A stretch of DNA of 64,000 nucleotides from Thermoplasmata archaeon (lineage in GTDB: Archaea; Thermoplasmatota; Thermoplasmata; Lutacidiplasmatales; UBA184). Shown piece by piece: positions 18,302 through 27,308 of this stretch (positions within the stretch are counted from its first letter, which is position 1; every line of letters begins with the position of its first letter). Below the pieces are notes generated by a model. That model was not told the DNA's origin, ran no database searches, and saw only the letters and a list, made by a program, of their open reading frames with translations. A program made the position numbers and the translations under genes. The stretch lies in contig JASHPV010000007.1 of assembly GCA_030037875.1 (NCBI GenBank), positions 10,041 through 74,040 of the forward strand, written 5' to 3'.

Positions 18302-19500
18302 CCTCGCCCCTCCCCTTGGAGAGCGAGGGTGCCCGCCACCAGCGTCGCGGTCCCGATGACTAGCGCCGTTTCGGCGGGAAGGAATGTCGCACTGTGCGAG
18401 GAGGCCGTCATCGTGGGGGTCCTCACACCGAGACGGAGGAAAGTTCCCGGCACACGTTCGAGGTACCGGGCAAAGTCCTCGGCCCCCATCCCGGGGTGCT
18501 TGAGTTCCACGAGCCGGTCCTTCCCGAGCTCGACCCCCAGCGCGTCCACGACGCGTTGAGTGGCCGCTGGGTCATTGACCAGCACGGGATACCCATGTTT
18601 GTAACTGATGCTCGCCGAGGCTCCCATGCTGCTCGCGAGCAGCCGGACGCGCCGTCGGATCCACGCTTCGGTCCGCTGCTTGGTCTTCGGGTCCACGGTA
18701 CGAACCGTGCCCTCCAAGACGACCTCTTGCGGAATGATGTTGTGGCGCGTGCCTCCGTGGATCGTGCCGACGGTCACCACGACCGGGTCGACGGGGTTTC
18801 GGACCCGGCTCACCATCGCCTGAAGACCGGTGACGATCTCCGCCGCGGTGAGCACCGCGTCGGGGCCCTGGTGCGGCGTGGACGCATGACCGGGTGTTCC
18901 GTGGACCCGGATCACGAAGTGGTCCGGGGAGGCCATGAGGGCGCCTTTCTTCCAGCCCACTGAACCGAGGGGGACCTCCGACGCCACGTGCTGTCCGAGC
19001 ACGAAATTGACGCGAGGCTTCTCGAACACGCCCCGTTCGAGCAGCGGGAGCGCACCCCCTCGATTTCCCTCCTCCTCGGCCGGTTGGAAGATTAGCTTGA
19101 CCGAACCGCGCAGCCGGCCCCGGTTGTGCATCAGCACGTCGGCCGCCCCCAGAAGGCAGGCCATGTGCACGTCGTGGCCGCAGGCGTGCATCGTCCCGTC
19201 GAATCGGGAAGCGAAGGGGACGTGGGTCTCTTCGAGGATCGGGAGCGCGTCCATGTCGGCGCGGAGGGCCACCACGGGACCCGCGCGCTCCGACTCGATC
19301 AGGCCCACGACGCCGTTGAATTTGTTCCCGAAGGTCTGAGCCGGGATTCCGAGGCTCGCGAGGGCGCGAACCACCTTCTCCCGGGTTCGGGTCTCCCGGT
19401 TGGACAGCTCCGGTTCCCGGTGGAAATCCGCGCGCCACGCTCGGAGAGCGGGCAGCCGGCGCCGCGCCTCCCGGGTCCAATGGTTCGTTGCCCGGGCCAT
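18298..19500 (-). CDS. M20D-family amidohydrolase (N-acyl-amino acid amidohydrolase/hippurate hydrolase-like)
   Basis: Internal ATG (MARATNHW..., 19500) of ORF 18298..19590. M20 metal-binding motifs (HACGHD, EEEG). ATGA overlap with the SufS start. Confidence 0.85.
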   Translation of the reverse strand: MARATNHWTREARRRLPALRAWRADFHREPELSNRETRTREKVVRALASLGIPAQTFGNKFNGVVGLIESERAGPVVALRADMDALPILEETHVPFASRFDGTMHACGHDVHMACLLGAADVLMHNRGRLRGSVKLIFQPAEEEGNRGGALPLLERGVFEKPRVNFVLGQHVASEVPLGSVGWKKGALMASPDHFVIRVHGTPGHASTPHQGPDAVLTAAEIVTGLQAMVSRVRNPVDPVVVTVGTIHGGTRHNIIPQEVVLEGTVRTVDPKTKQRTEAWIRRRVRLLASSMGASASISYKHGYPVLVNDPAATQRVVDALGVELGKDRLVELKHPGMGAEDFARYLERVPGTFLRLGVRTPTMTASSHSATFLPAETALVIGTATLVAGTLALQGEGRG

Positions 19501-19651
19501 GACGTGGGGCTCGAGCGGTGCTGGTCTAATAACGGCCCCGTCGAGCCTTCGGCGGGACGCCAAGGCCCGTCGATGAAGGGGCGGCTCCAAGCCGAAAGCC
19601 TAAATTTCGTCCTAGTGAGCGGCGCCCGAGCGCCCCCGTTCCGGAGATTCT

Positions 19652-20221
19652 GTGCCGAATGGACTGGAGATTGCGGTAGCGGTCCAGGCGCTGCTCGCCA
19701 TCTGGATTGGCGTGCGCTCGTACGGCAGCTATCAGGGCCGGCTCTACTCCACCGGCCGGGTACTGATCTTTCCGGTCTTGATCCTCCTCGTGTACGCCGC
19801 GACGGAGCTCGAGACGATCGCTACGGTGCCGTGGGCGTTTCCGACCTGGACGTCGGTCGACCTGGTGGTCCTAGTCGCTGCGGCCCTCGCGACCCTGCCG
19901 ATAGCAAACCGCTTGGTTCGAGTCTCGCAACGCTCGGACGGGCAATGGTACTATCAGTACGGGATCGAATTGATCGGATTTTACCTCGCCCTATGGGTGG
20001 CCCGATTGGCCCTCGCCGCGTATTACGACCCGGCCTCGCTCGAGTTCGTTATATCGTCGACCGCCGCCCCCCTGTCCGCGGCCACCTCGGCCGTTCTCGT
20101 CCTCATCCAAGGCCTCTTCTCCGTCAGCTCCGGGCTGGTCATCGGTCGTGGCATCGGTACCTATCGGCTCCACCGACAGGCCGAGCGGCGCGCCGCCTCC
20201 GTGGTAGCTCAGGCCCGCTGA
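19652..20221 (+). CDS. Hypothetical polytopic membrane protein
   Basis: 189 aa with ~5 hydrophobic helices. Followed by a T-rich stretch (gagttttttcg, ~20322), a likely archaeal oligo-T terminator. Confidence 0.5.
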   Translation: MPNGLEIAVAVQALLAIWIGVRSYGSYQGRLYSTGRVLIFPVLILLVYAATELETIATVPWAFPTWTSVDLVVLVAAALATLPIANRLVRVSQRSDGQWYYQYGIELIGFYLALWVARLALAAYYDPASLEFVISSTAAPLSAATSAVLVLIQGLFSVSSGLVIGRGIGTYRLHRQAERRAASVVAQAR

Positions 20222-20222
20222 C

Positions 20223-20237
20223 TCCCCTCTCTCGGAA
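20223..20237 (+). repeat. 15-bp direct repeat CCCCTCTCTCGGAAC (copy 1), flanking a low-GC islet
   Basis: Exact 15-mer recurs at 21197..21211. The ~1 kb between the copies is visibly lower in G+C than its surroundings. Confidence 0.5.
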
Positions 20238-20354
20238 CCGGCTCGAATAGCGTTCGATCCTTGAGGAATGAGTGATCAACCGCAAGTTAGTCAATCGCGG
20301 TCGAGGTAAGAGTGAAAATAAACGGAGTTTTTTCGTTAACTTCACCGCAGGGTT

Positions 20355-21050
20355 ATGCCCGCCGAACTAGCCGGCCGCCGCCGTCGAGCCACCGTCGCAG
20401 TTATTCTTGTGGTGATTTTGGTTATCGCTTCTGTCGTGCTGTATGTTCAATTTGGGGTTCACTCATCTACAGTGGGCATAACGGCGTACGACGCGAACTC
20501 TACGGATATCGCGAACCTAACTTCGCTTCCGGGAACAGGCCATGTCAGGGTGCTCTACCTGAACTCCACGGCTTTCGCGAATGAGTCGGCGTACCCGAGT
20601 TCGACGTTGACCTTTTCGAGCATGATTGGGGCCTTCTATGTCGGCCACCCTTACAACTACTTCCAATTTTTCATTAACTTCAGCCTCACCGGACATTTCG
20701 CCCCCAACTTGCAGCCGGAGGAAATCACGATCTCGGCCAGCGACGTGGGGCCCTACAACAACTCTGCTGCGCTCTTCGGAATTGGGCAGCCCGGGTCCTT
20801 GGATAATCTCTCGACGCCCAACTCCATCCTTCAGTTCACCGGTAACAACTCAAGTGCCATTTCCTTTGACGTCGAAACTAGTTCCTCGGCAGGCTCAGAC
20901 TGGCATGGGTTCTCCCTGGAGAACTGGCGATACCAGTTCCTTCTCGGTTCGTACGCAGGCAACCACTTGCTTCGCCTTAACGCCTCGTTGCTCGGCCTAA
21001 GCCGCTCGGTCTGGATTCAACAAAGTGTCAAGATAATGGATGTTCAGTGA
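20355..21050 (+). CDS. Sequon-rich secreted/anchored protein with basic-then-hydrophobic N-terminus (possible class III/pilin-like signal)
   Basis: MPAELAGRRRRATVAVILVVILVIASVV... followed by >=10 N-x-S/T sequons (NST, NLT, NES, NFS, NNS, NLS, NAS). Encoded in the low-GC segment between the direct repeats. Confidence 0.5.
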   Translation: MPAELAGRRRRATVAVILVVILVIASVVLYVQFGVHSSTVGITAYDANSTDIANLTSLPGTGHVRVLYLNSTAFANESAYPSSTLTFSSMIGAFYVGHPYNYFQFFINFSLTGHFAPNLQPEEITISASDVGPYNNSAALFGIGQPGSLDNLSTPNSILQFTGNNSSAISFDVETSSSAGSDWHGFSLENWRYQFLLGSYAGNHLLRLNASLLGLSRSVWIQQSVKIMDVQ

Positions 21051-21196
21051 AGTAGAAAATGTACCGACCGGTCGTGTCAAGAAAGCGACGACCTACAGGA
21101 GCGGTGGCATGTGCGGTTCTCTTGGCCTCGGTTGGAATGATCGGGCTTTCGATTGGGAAGGAAACTGCCCGGGTATCTTCTCCCCTCGTCTCTCTG

Positions 21197-21211
21197 CCCC
21201 TCTCTCGGAAC
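21197..21211 (+). repeat. 15-bp direct repeat CCCCTCTCTCGGAAC (copy 2)
   Basis: Second exact copy, ~100 nt upstream of dnaK. See copy 1 at 20223. Confidence 0.5.
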
Positions 21212-21234
21212 TCACGGAATCTCCTTGAGTAGTC

Positions 21235-21242
21235 TTTTTATA
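21235..21242 (+). promoter_or_regulatory. TTTTTATA TATA-like box plus downstream inverted repeat GCGCCC-ttt-GGGCGC (21271..21285) in the dnaK 5' region
   Basis: AT-rich box ~70 nt upstream of the dnaK ATG. A 6-bp perfect inverted repeat lies in the putative leader. Confidence 0.3.
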
Positions 21243-21309
21243 GTAGTGAAAGCATTCTCCTGACGCTAAAGCGCCCTTTGGGCGCGACCTACAAAGAGGC
21301 ATCCCAGTT

Positions 21310-23211
21310 ATGGCGAAAATCATTGGAATCGACCTAGGAACGAGCAACTCGGCGGCGGCCGTCCTTGAGGGCGGGCGCCCCGTGATCATCCCGAGCGCGG
21401 AAGGCACGACCGTCGGTGGCGGAAAGGCCTTCCCGTCGTACGTGGCTTTCGCGAAGGATGGCCAGCTGATCGTCGGCGAACCGGCCCGGCGACAAGCGGT
21501 CTCCAACGCGCAGTACACGTTCACCGCGTTCAAGCGAAAGATGGGCACCGATTATCGGTACCGCGGACCGGACGGCAAGGAGTACACCCCCCAGCAGCTG
21601 TCCGCGTTCCTCCTCCAGAAGATCAAGCGTGATGCCGAGGCCTTCCTGGGCGAGAAGATCCAGAAGGCGGTCATCACCGTCCCTGCGTACTTCAACGACA
21701 ACCAGCGCCAGGCCACCAAGGACGCCGGCCAGATCGCGGGGCTCGAGGTCGTTCGGATCATTAACGAACCGACGGCCGCGTCGCTCGCGTACGGCCTCGA
21801 CAAGGCCGGGAAGTCGCAGAAGATCCTCGTCTTCGACCTGGGCGGTGGAACGCTCGATGTGACAATCATGGAGTTCGGCGAGGGCGTGTTCGAGGTCGTC
21901 TCGACCAGCGGAGACACCCAGCTGGGTGGGACCGACATGGACACGACGCTGGCCGACTACATCGCGGGAGAGTTCCGGAAGGAGTCGGGCATCGACATCC
22001 GGACCGACAAGATGGCGATGCAACGCGTCCGGGACGCCGCGGAGAAGGCGAAGATCGAGCTCTCCTCCACGCTGGAGACGCAGATCAATCTCCCCTTCCT
22101 CACCGCCACCAGCGAGGGCCCGAAGCACCTCGCCCTGACCCTTTCGCGAGCGAAGCTCGAAGAGCTCCTTCGGCCGCTCATCGACCGCTGTAAGGCCCCC
22201 GTCGAGCAGGCCATCTCCGATGGCAAGCTTTCGAAGGAGCAGATCGACCGGATCATTCTCGTCGGCGGCCCGACCCGGATGCCGATGGTACAGAAGTTCG
22301 TGGAACAGCTGATCGGTCGTCCGATCGAGCACGGCGTCGACCCGATGGAATGCGTCGCGATGGGCGCTTCGATCCAGGCCGGCGTGCTTGCCGGCGAGGT
22401 CAAGGACATCCTGTTACTGGATGTGACGCCCCTCTCGCTCGGCGTGGAGACGATGGGCGGCGTGTTCACGAAGCTCATCGAGCGCAACACGACGATTCCG
22501 ACGCGGAAGAGTCAGATCTTCACGACGGCGGCCGACAGCCAGAGCTCGGTCGAGATCAAGGTCTCCCAGGGCGAGCGGCCGATGGCTTCCGACAACGTGG
22601 CCCTAGGGAACTTCATGTTGACCGGCATCCCGCTCGCGCCGCGCGGTGTCCCCCAGATCGAGGTCTCGTTCGACATTGATGCGAACGGTATCCTCAACGT
22701 CTCCGCGAAGGACCTCGCGACCGGGAAGAAGCAGGGCATTACGATCACCGCCTCGACCAAGCTCTCGAAGGAGGAGATCGACCGGATGCTGAAGCAGGCC
22801 GAGCAGTTCGCCTCCGAGGACAAGAACCGGAAGGAGCAGGCCGAGACCCGCAACCGGGCGGAAGCCCTGACCTACGAGGCCGAGCGCATCCTGACCGACG
22901 CGAAGGACAAGATCCCGGAGGCCGACGCGCAGGCCGTGCGCGCCAAGGTCGAGGAGCTTCGGGCGGTCCTCGACTCCAAGGACCTCTCGGCCCTGAAGCA
23001 GAAGACCGACGAGCTGACGCGCGCGATCCACCAGGTCTCGCAGAAGCTCTACGAGTCGGCGCAGCAGGCGCCCCCTTCCTCGGGATCGCCCGAGGAGCCG
23101 TCGACGGGGCCGACCGAAAGCGGCGGTTCCTCGCCGCCGGGGAGCGGGCCGGTGGACGCCGACTTCAAGGTCGTGGACAAGCAGCCCGGCGACGAGAAGA
23201 CCGAAAGCTAG
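21310..23211 (+). CDS. dnaK: Chaperone DnaK (Hsp70)
   Basis: 633 aa. [26 protein letters not shown] and other Hsp70 signatures. No grpE or dnaJ adjacent. Confidence 0.97.
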   Translation: MAKIIGIDLGTSNSAAAVLEGGRPVIIPSAEGTTVGGGKAFPSYVAFAKDGQLIVGEPARRQAVSNAQYTFTAFKRKMGTDYRYRGPDGKEYTPQQLSAFLLQKIKRDAEAFLGEKIQKAVITVPAYFNDNQRQATKDAGQIAGLEVVRIINEPTAASLAYGLDKAGKSQKILVFDLGGGTLDVTIMEFGEGVFEVVSTSGDTQLGGTDMDTTLADYIAGEFRKESGIDIRTDKMAMQRVRDAAEKAKIELSSTLETQINLPFLTATSEGPKHLALTLSRAKLEELLRPLIDRCKAPVEQAISDGKLSKEQIDRIILVGGPTRMPMVQKFVEQLIGRPIEHGVDPMECVAMGASIQAGVLAGEVKDILLLDVTPLSLGVETMGGVFTKLIERNTTIPTRKSQIFTTAADSQSSVEIKVSQGERPMASDNVALGNFMLTGIPLAPRGVPQIEVSFDIDANGILNVSAKDLATGKKQGITITASTKLSKEEIDRMLKQAEQFASEDKNRKEQAETRNRAEALTYEAERILTDAKDKIPEADAQAVRAKVEELRAVLDSKDLSALKQKTDELTRAIHQVSQKLYESAQQAPPSSGSPEEPSTGPTESGGSSPPGSGPVDADFKVVDKQPGDEKTES

Positions 23212-23220
23212 GCCCGGTGC

Positions 23221-24327
23221 TCAGGCGCCGAGGTTCCCGGCCGGCCCGTCCCACGGCCGTGTCGGGGGCCCCACATAGCGCTCGGGGGGACGCACCACCC
23301 GGTTCTGGGCCACTTGCTCAAGTGCGTGAGCCGACCACCCGGCGGTTCGAGCGAGTGCGAAGGTCGCCGTGAAGAGCTCGCGGGGAAGGCCGGCACCCTC
23401 GAGCAGGACCGCGCCATAGAAGTCCACATTGGTGAGGAGCGGCTGGTCGGGCCGTCGCCGGGCCAACCGGTCGAGGGCTATCTCCTCGAATCGCCGGGCC
23501 AGTGCGTACCGAGCGGGCGCTGCGACTTCCTTGGCGTAGCGCCGCAGCAACGTCGCGCGCGGGTCCTCCACGCGGTACGTGGGGTGACCGAACCCAAAGA
23601 GCCGGCCCCGTTGGTCGAGCGTTCGGTCAACCCAATCCTCGACCCGGTCGATCGACCCGACGGCATCGAGCATCTCCAGCACCTCGGGGGGCGCGCCGCC
23701 GTGCAGCGGGCCCTTTAGCGTACCGAGAGCCGCGGACGCGGCCGATGCGAGGTCGGACCGAGTCGACAGGACGATCCGCAGCGCGAAGGTCGAGGCGGAG
23801 ATGCCATGGTCGGCGAGGAGAACGAAATATCGTTCGAGAGCCCGGATCCGTTCGGGGGCCACTCTGGGCCCCTGAAGCATCCACAGGTAGTTGGCCACAT
23901 GTCCAAGGTGGGGATCGGGATCCCGGGGCGCTGAACCGACGGCGCGCTGATGCAATCGGGCCACGAGCGTGGGGGACCGGGCAATGAGATCCAGCGCCTC
24001 GTTCACGGTGGGAGGATAGACGCGGGCGACGTCCCCCATCGCCGATACGGCGGTCCGGAACCCGTCGATCGGCGGCATGTCGGGAGGCAAGGCCTGGATC
24101 ACCCGCTCCAAATTTTCCGGCAATCCTCGTCGAGCCCGCAGTTCGGAACCAACCCCGGGCGCCCCGGGTTTTCCCGGAGGGGTCCCTCCCAGCAGGAGGC
24201 TCGCGGTCGCCTCGTAGCCCAGGTGCTCCGCCACATCCTCGATTCGATATCCTCGATAGGTGAGGATGCCGTGAGCCCCGTCGATGCCCGTGATCGACGT
24301 GTCCCCAAAACCGGATCGTTCCGTCAT
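23221..24327 (-). CDS. gltA: Citrate synthase (archaeal short form; 2-methylcitrate synthase not excluded)
   Basis: Internal ATG (MTERSGFGDTSITGIDGAHGILTYRGYRIEDV) of ORF 23221..24453. Catalytic GFGHPTYRVEDPRA and HGGA motifs. Confidence 0.9.
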   Translation of the reverse strand: MTERSGFGDTSITGIDGAHGILTYRGYRIEDVAEHLGYEATASLLLGGTPPGKPGAPGVGSELRARRGLPENLERVIQALPPDMPPIDGFRTAVSAMGDVARVYPPTVNEALDLIARSPTLVARLHQRAVGSAPRDPDPHLGHVANYLWMLQGPRVAPERIRALERYFVLLADHGISASTFALRIVLSTRSDLASAASAALGTLKGPLHGGAPPEVLEMLDAVGSIDRVEDWVDRTLDQRGRLFGFGHPTYRVEDPRATLLRRYAKEVAAPARYALARRFEEIALDRLARRRPDQPLLTNVDFYGAVLLEGAGLPRELFTATFALARTAGWSAHALEQVAQNRVVRPPERYVGPPTRPWDGPAGNLGA

Positions 24328-24451
24328 CGCGGTCCCGTGCCGTTCCCCCGATCGGGAGGCACCGGGGGGACACCCGGCTCTCGGTAAAGGAATCTCGGTC
24401 GTCGGAATGTCGGAAAGACTTATCCACGCTCCGTCGGTCCTTCGTCCCCTC

Positions 24452-24691
24452 ATGTCGACGCCTACCGGCTTGCTCGAGCGGGTCGTCGATCAACGGGTTT
24501 CCCTGCGACTCAAGGATTCCCGCGAACTGTCCGGGCGGCTCCTTGGGCTCGATGACCACATGAACCTGGTTCTTGACGAGGTGGAGGAGACCTCGAACGA
24601 GGGGTCCCGCCGCCTGGGGCGAGTGCTCGTACGCGGTTCGAACGTCATCAGCCTGACCGCCGCCTCCGGGTTGCTCCCGAAGCGGCACTGA
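24452..24691 (+). CDS. Sm-like archaeal protein (SmAP/LSm)
   Basis: Sm1/Sm2 pattern: VSLRLKDSRELSGRLLGLDDHMNLVLDEVEE...RRLGRVLVRGSNVISL. Alternative upstream ATG at 24407. Confidence 0.8.
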   Translation: MSTPTGLLERVVDQRVSLRLKDSRELSGRLLGLDDHMNLVLDEVEETSNEGSRRLGRVLVRGSNVISLTAASGLLPKRH

Positions 24692-24710
24692 TCCGCAGGG
24701 GGCCGTCGGC

Positions 24711-25397
24711 GTGACCGGCCGAGCGAGAGGCTTCCGTGCCAGGGTGGAGGAACTCCGGTTGCTCCGGTTCTTGGCGCACGGAGGCGCCGAACACAGTCCC
24801 GTCGAGATCACGTCTCGAGAGGTGGGCGAGTACCTCGACGTCAGCCAACAGGCCGCGGACCGGTACCTCGTCGAGCTCTCGAAGCAGGGATTGATTTCCC
24901 GGTCGCTCGGTGCCCGGAAGCAGCGACTGACGCTCACTCCGGCCGGGGTAGAAGTCCTGCGCAAGGAGTACCACGCGTACCGCCGGGTCTTCGAGGGGCC
25001 CGCTCGCTTGCGATTCTCCGGGCAAGTCACGTCCGGGCTCGGGGAAGGACGCTACTATCTGAGCCAGCCCGGATACATCGTCCAGTTCCAGGAGCGCCTC
25101 GGTTACACTCCCTATCCCGGGACGCTCAACATTCGAGTCGATCCCAAGGAGCTTCTCCGGATCGACGGGTTGCGCGATTGGGAAGGAATCCGGATCGATG
25201 GATTCCAAGCCAGCGGGCGAACCTTCGGCGGAGCCTCGTGCTACGGTGGCCGCATCAATGGCCGACCCTGCCATCTCATCCGACCCGACCGAAGTCATTA
25301 CCAGGACGTGGTGGAGCTCATCGCGCCCGAGTCCCTGCGCGAATCGCTCAGCGTCCACGACGGGGACACCGTATCGGTCGAGGTGGAGGAATCGTAG
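24711..25397 (+). CDS. ribK: HTH-fused CTP-dependent riboflavin kinase (RbkR-type regulator/kinase)
   Basis: GTG start. N-terminal wHTH. C-terminal archaeal RibK domain with YPGTLNIRV motif (MJ0056 family). Confidence 0.8.
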   Translation: MTGRARGFRARVEELRLLRFLAHGGAEHSPVEITSREVGEYLDVSQQAADRYLVELSKQGLISRSLGARKQRLTLTPAGVEVLRKEYHAYRRVFEGPARLRFSGQVTSGLGEGRYYLSQPGYIVQFQERLGYTPYPGTLNIRVDPKELLRIDGLRDWEGIRIDGFQASGRTFGGASCYGGRINGRPCHLIRPDRSHYQDVVELIAPESLRESLSVHDGDTVSVEVEES

Positions 25398-25398
25398 C

Positions 25399-26418
25399 AT
25401 GCCGGCGTCTGTCGCGCGGTCGATCGCTCAGGACCGCCGTCCTCCCCCGGCCGGCACGGCCTCTGCGAGCCAGTACGTGAACCAATGGACCGAGGCCGAG
25501 GCCCTCGGAACAGAACGGGTCCGGGCTTTCGTGCTGATTCTTCGAACCCGCGGTTGTTACTGGGCGGACGTGAAAGGTTGCTCGATGTGCGGGTACGCCA
25601 AAGATACGCTCGGACGTTCGGCTACTCCCGAAGAGCTCGGCCGACAGCTCGAGGCCGCGCTCCAGGTGTACCATGGCGAGCCGTACGTTAAGATCTACAC
25701 GTCGGGCAGTTTCCTCGATGACCGAGAGGTGGACCCGGACTCCCGCCAGCGTCTCGTCGAAGCCTTCAGTGGCCGTGCCCGCCGCCTGCTCTTCGAGACA
25801 CTGCCCGAGTTCGCGACGGCGGAGGCACTGAATCCCCTGCGGAAGGCCTTCTCCGGAGAGATCGAGGTGGCGCTGGGCCTCGAAAGCACCCAGCCAGAGG
25901 TGCTCCTCCGATACGTGAACAAAAATTCGCCGCCGGAGGCCTATCTCGACGCGGCCGACCGGGTCCACGGGCTCGGACTCCGGGCGAAGGGGTACCTCCT
26001 GTTGAAGCCCCCGTATCTGACCGAGCGAGAGTCGATCGACGATGTCGTGACGTCGGTTCGGGTGGCGGCCCCGCATTTCGATGCTCTATCGGTCAACCCG
26101 GTGCACATCCAGAACGGAACGGTGGTCGAGTGGCTCTTCCATCGGGGCCGTTATCGGCCTCCTTGGTTGTGGAGCCTCTCGGAGGCGATGCAACGCTCCG
26201 CGGCGCATCGCGGCACCACCCGTCTCGTGACGTTCCCGACGGCCGGGGGCCTCGCGCGCGGCCCGCACAACTGCGGAGTGTGCGACCGGGCCTTTCTCTC
26301 CGCATTGGAGGAGGCCTCTCTGTCACAGCGGTTTGAGGGCCTCGCCGCCTTGGCCTGCGCCTGCGGAAACGAGTGGCGAGCCGACGGCGCCCTGGAGCCG
26401 CTGGGGGTGGAGGCATGA
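25399..26418 (+). CDS. Radical SAM-like protein with non-canonical Cys cluster (TIGR01210/RaSEA-like family, tentative)
   Basis: Internal ATG 25399 (MPASVARS...) of ORF 25198..26418. Cys cluster RTRGCYWADVKGCSMCGY (C-x7-C-x2-C). TIM-barrel-like remainder. ATGA overlaps with both neighbours. Confidence 0.5.
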   Translation: MPASVARSIAQDRRPPPAGTASASQYVNQWTEAEALGTERVRAFVLILRTRGCYWADVKGCSMCGYAKDTLGRSATPEELGRQLEAALQVYHGEPYVKIYTSGSFLDDREVDPDSRQRLVEAFSGRARRLLFETLPEFATAEALNPLRKAFSGEIEVALGLESTQPEVLLRYVNKNSPPEAYLDAADRVHGLGLRAKGYLLLKPPYLTERESIDDVVTSVRVAAPHFDALSVNPVHIQNGTVVEWLFHRGRYRPPWLWSLSEAMQRSAAHRGTTRLVTFPTAGGLARGPHNCGVCDRAFLSALEEASLSQRFEGLAALACACGNEWRADGALEPLGVEA

Positions 26419-27221
26419 ATCTTGTCCCGAAGTTGTCTCCCCATACGGAAACGACGATCCATCAGTTCCTCCGGGCCCACCTCGCCCAAGCGGGAGCGGA
26501 GGGGCTCCTCGTCGGCCTGAGCGGGGGCATCGACTCCGCGCTGTGCGCCCGCCTGGCTCGGGACGCGGTGGGTCCCCAGCGGACCCAGTCGCTGCTCCTT
26601 CCGGACGCACCGTTTCCTGCGGCCCTGCGGGAAGAGGTGACGGAGTATGCCCACCATCTCGGGATTTCGTTCCGGATCGTCGACATCGAGGGCCCGGAAT
26701 CGGGATTCCGGGCCCTCTTCCCGGAGGTGACCGACCGCGTCAGTTTGGGCAATGTGAAGGCCCGGGTCCGGATGACCGTGCTGTACCTCTGGGCCCGGGA
26801 GCGTCATCTGCTGGTGGTCGGGACCGGCAACAAATCCGAGCTCCTGATGGGCTACTTCACGAAATGGGGAGATGGCGGGGTCGACCTTCTCCCGATTGGC
26901 GACCTCTACAAGACCCAGGTCCGGGAGCTCGCCGCGCAACTGGAGCTCCCCCGGTCGATGCAGCAGAGGCCTCCGACGGCCGGGCTCTGGGAGGGCCAGA
27001 CCGACGAGGAGGAGCTCGGGCTTCCTTACTCCGAGCTCGACCAGATCTTGTTCGGCCTGGAACAGCTCCGGACCCCGGAGGAGATCGCCGAGGCGACGCA
27101 CCTCCCGTTGGAACGCGTTCGAGCCGTTGAAGCGACCGTCGAACGTACGCGCCACAAGCGGCGCCCGCCTCCCATACCGAAGCTGGGGTTGCGAACGGTC
27201 GGGATCGACTGGCGCGAGTGA
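26415..27221 (+). CDS. nadE: NH3-dependent NAD+ synthetase
   Basis: Internal ATG 26415 (MNLVPKLSP...). PP-loop SGGIDS. Typical NadE length (268 aa). Confidence 0.9.
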   Translation: MNLVPKLSPHTETTIHQFLRAHLAQAGAEGLLVGLSGGIDSALCARLARDAVGPQRTQSLLLPDAPFPAALREEVTEYAHHLGISFRIVDIEGPESGFRALFPEVTDRVSLGNVKARVRMTVLYLWARERHLLVVGTGNKSELLMGYFTKWGDGGVDLLPIGDLYKTQVRELAAQLELPRSMQQRPPTAGLWEGQTDEEELGLPYSELDQILFGLEQLRTPEEIAEATHLPLERVRAVEATVERTRHKRRPPPIPKLGLRTVGIDWRE

Positions 27222-27308
27222 TGTTCCGGTACCGAAACGTTTTAGGAAGCGCGTCCTCCGGGAGCCATTCCGACCGGTTTTGATCGGACCTTACTGGAGT
27301 TTTCCCGG

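Noticed and set aside
21220-21300. Possible bacterial-type CIRCE heat-shock element upstream of dnaK
   Set aside because: No match to the TTAGCACTC-N9-GAGTGCTAA consensus. Only an unrelated 6-bp inverted repeat is present.
23627-25030. 467-aa minus-strand ORF spanning the citrate synthase start, SmAP and part of rbkR; also 26151..27155 (antisense nadE) and 55450..56487 (antisense to eL41 region/top6A end)
   Set aside because: GC-driven spurious ORFs. The sense genes are strongly supported.
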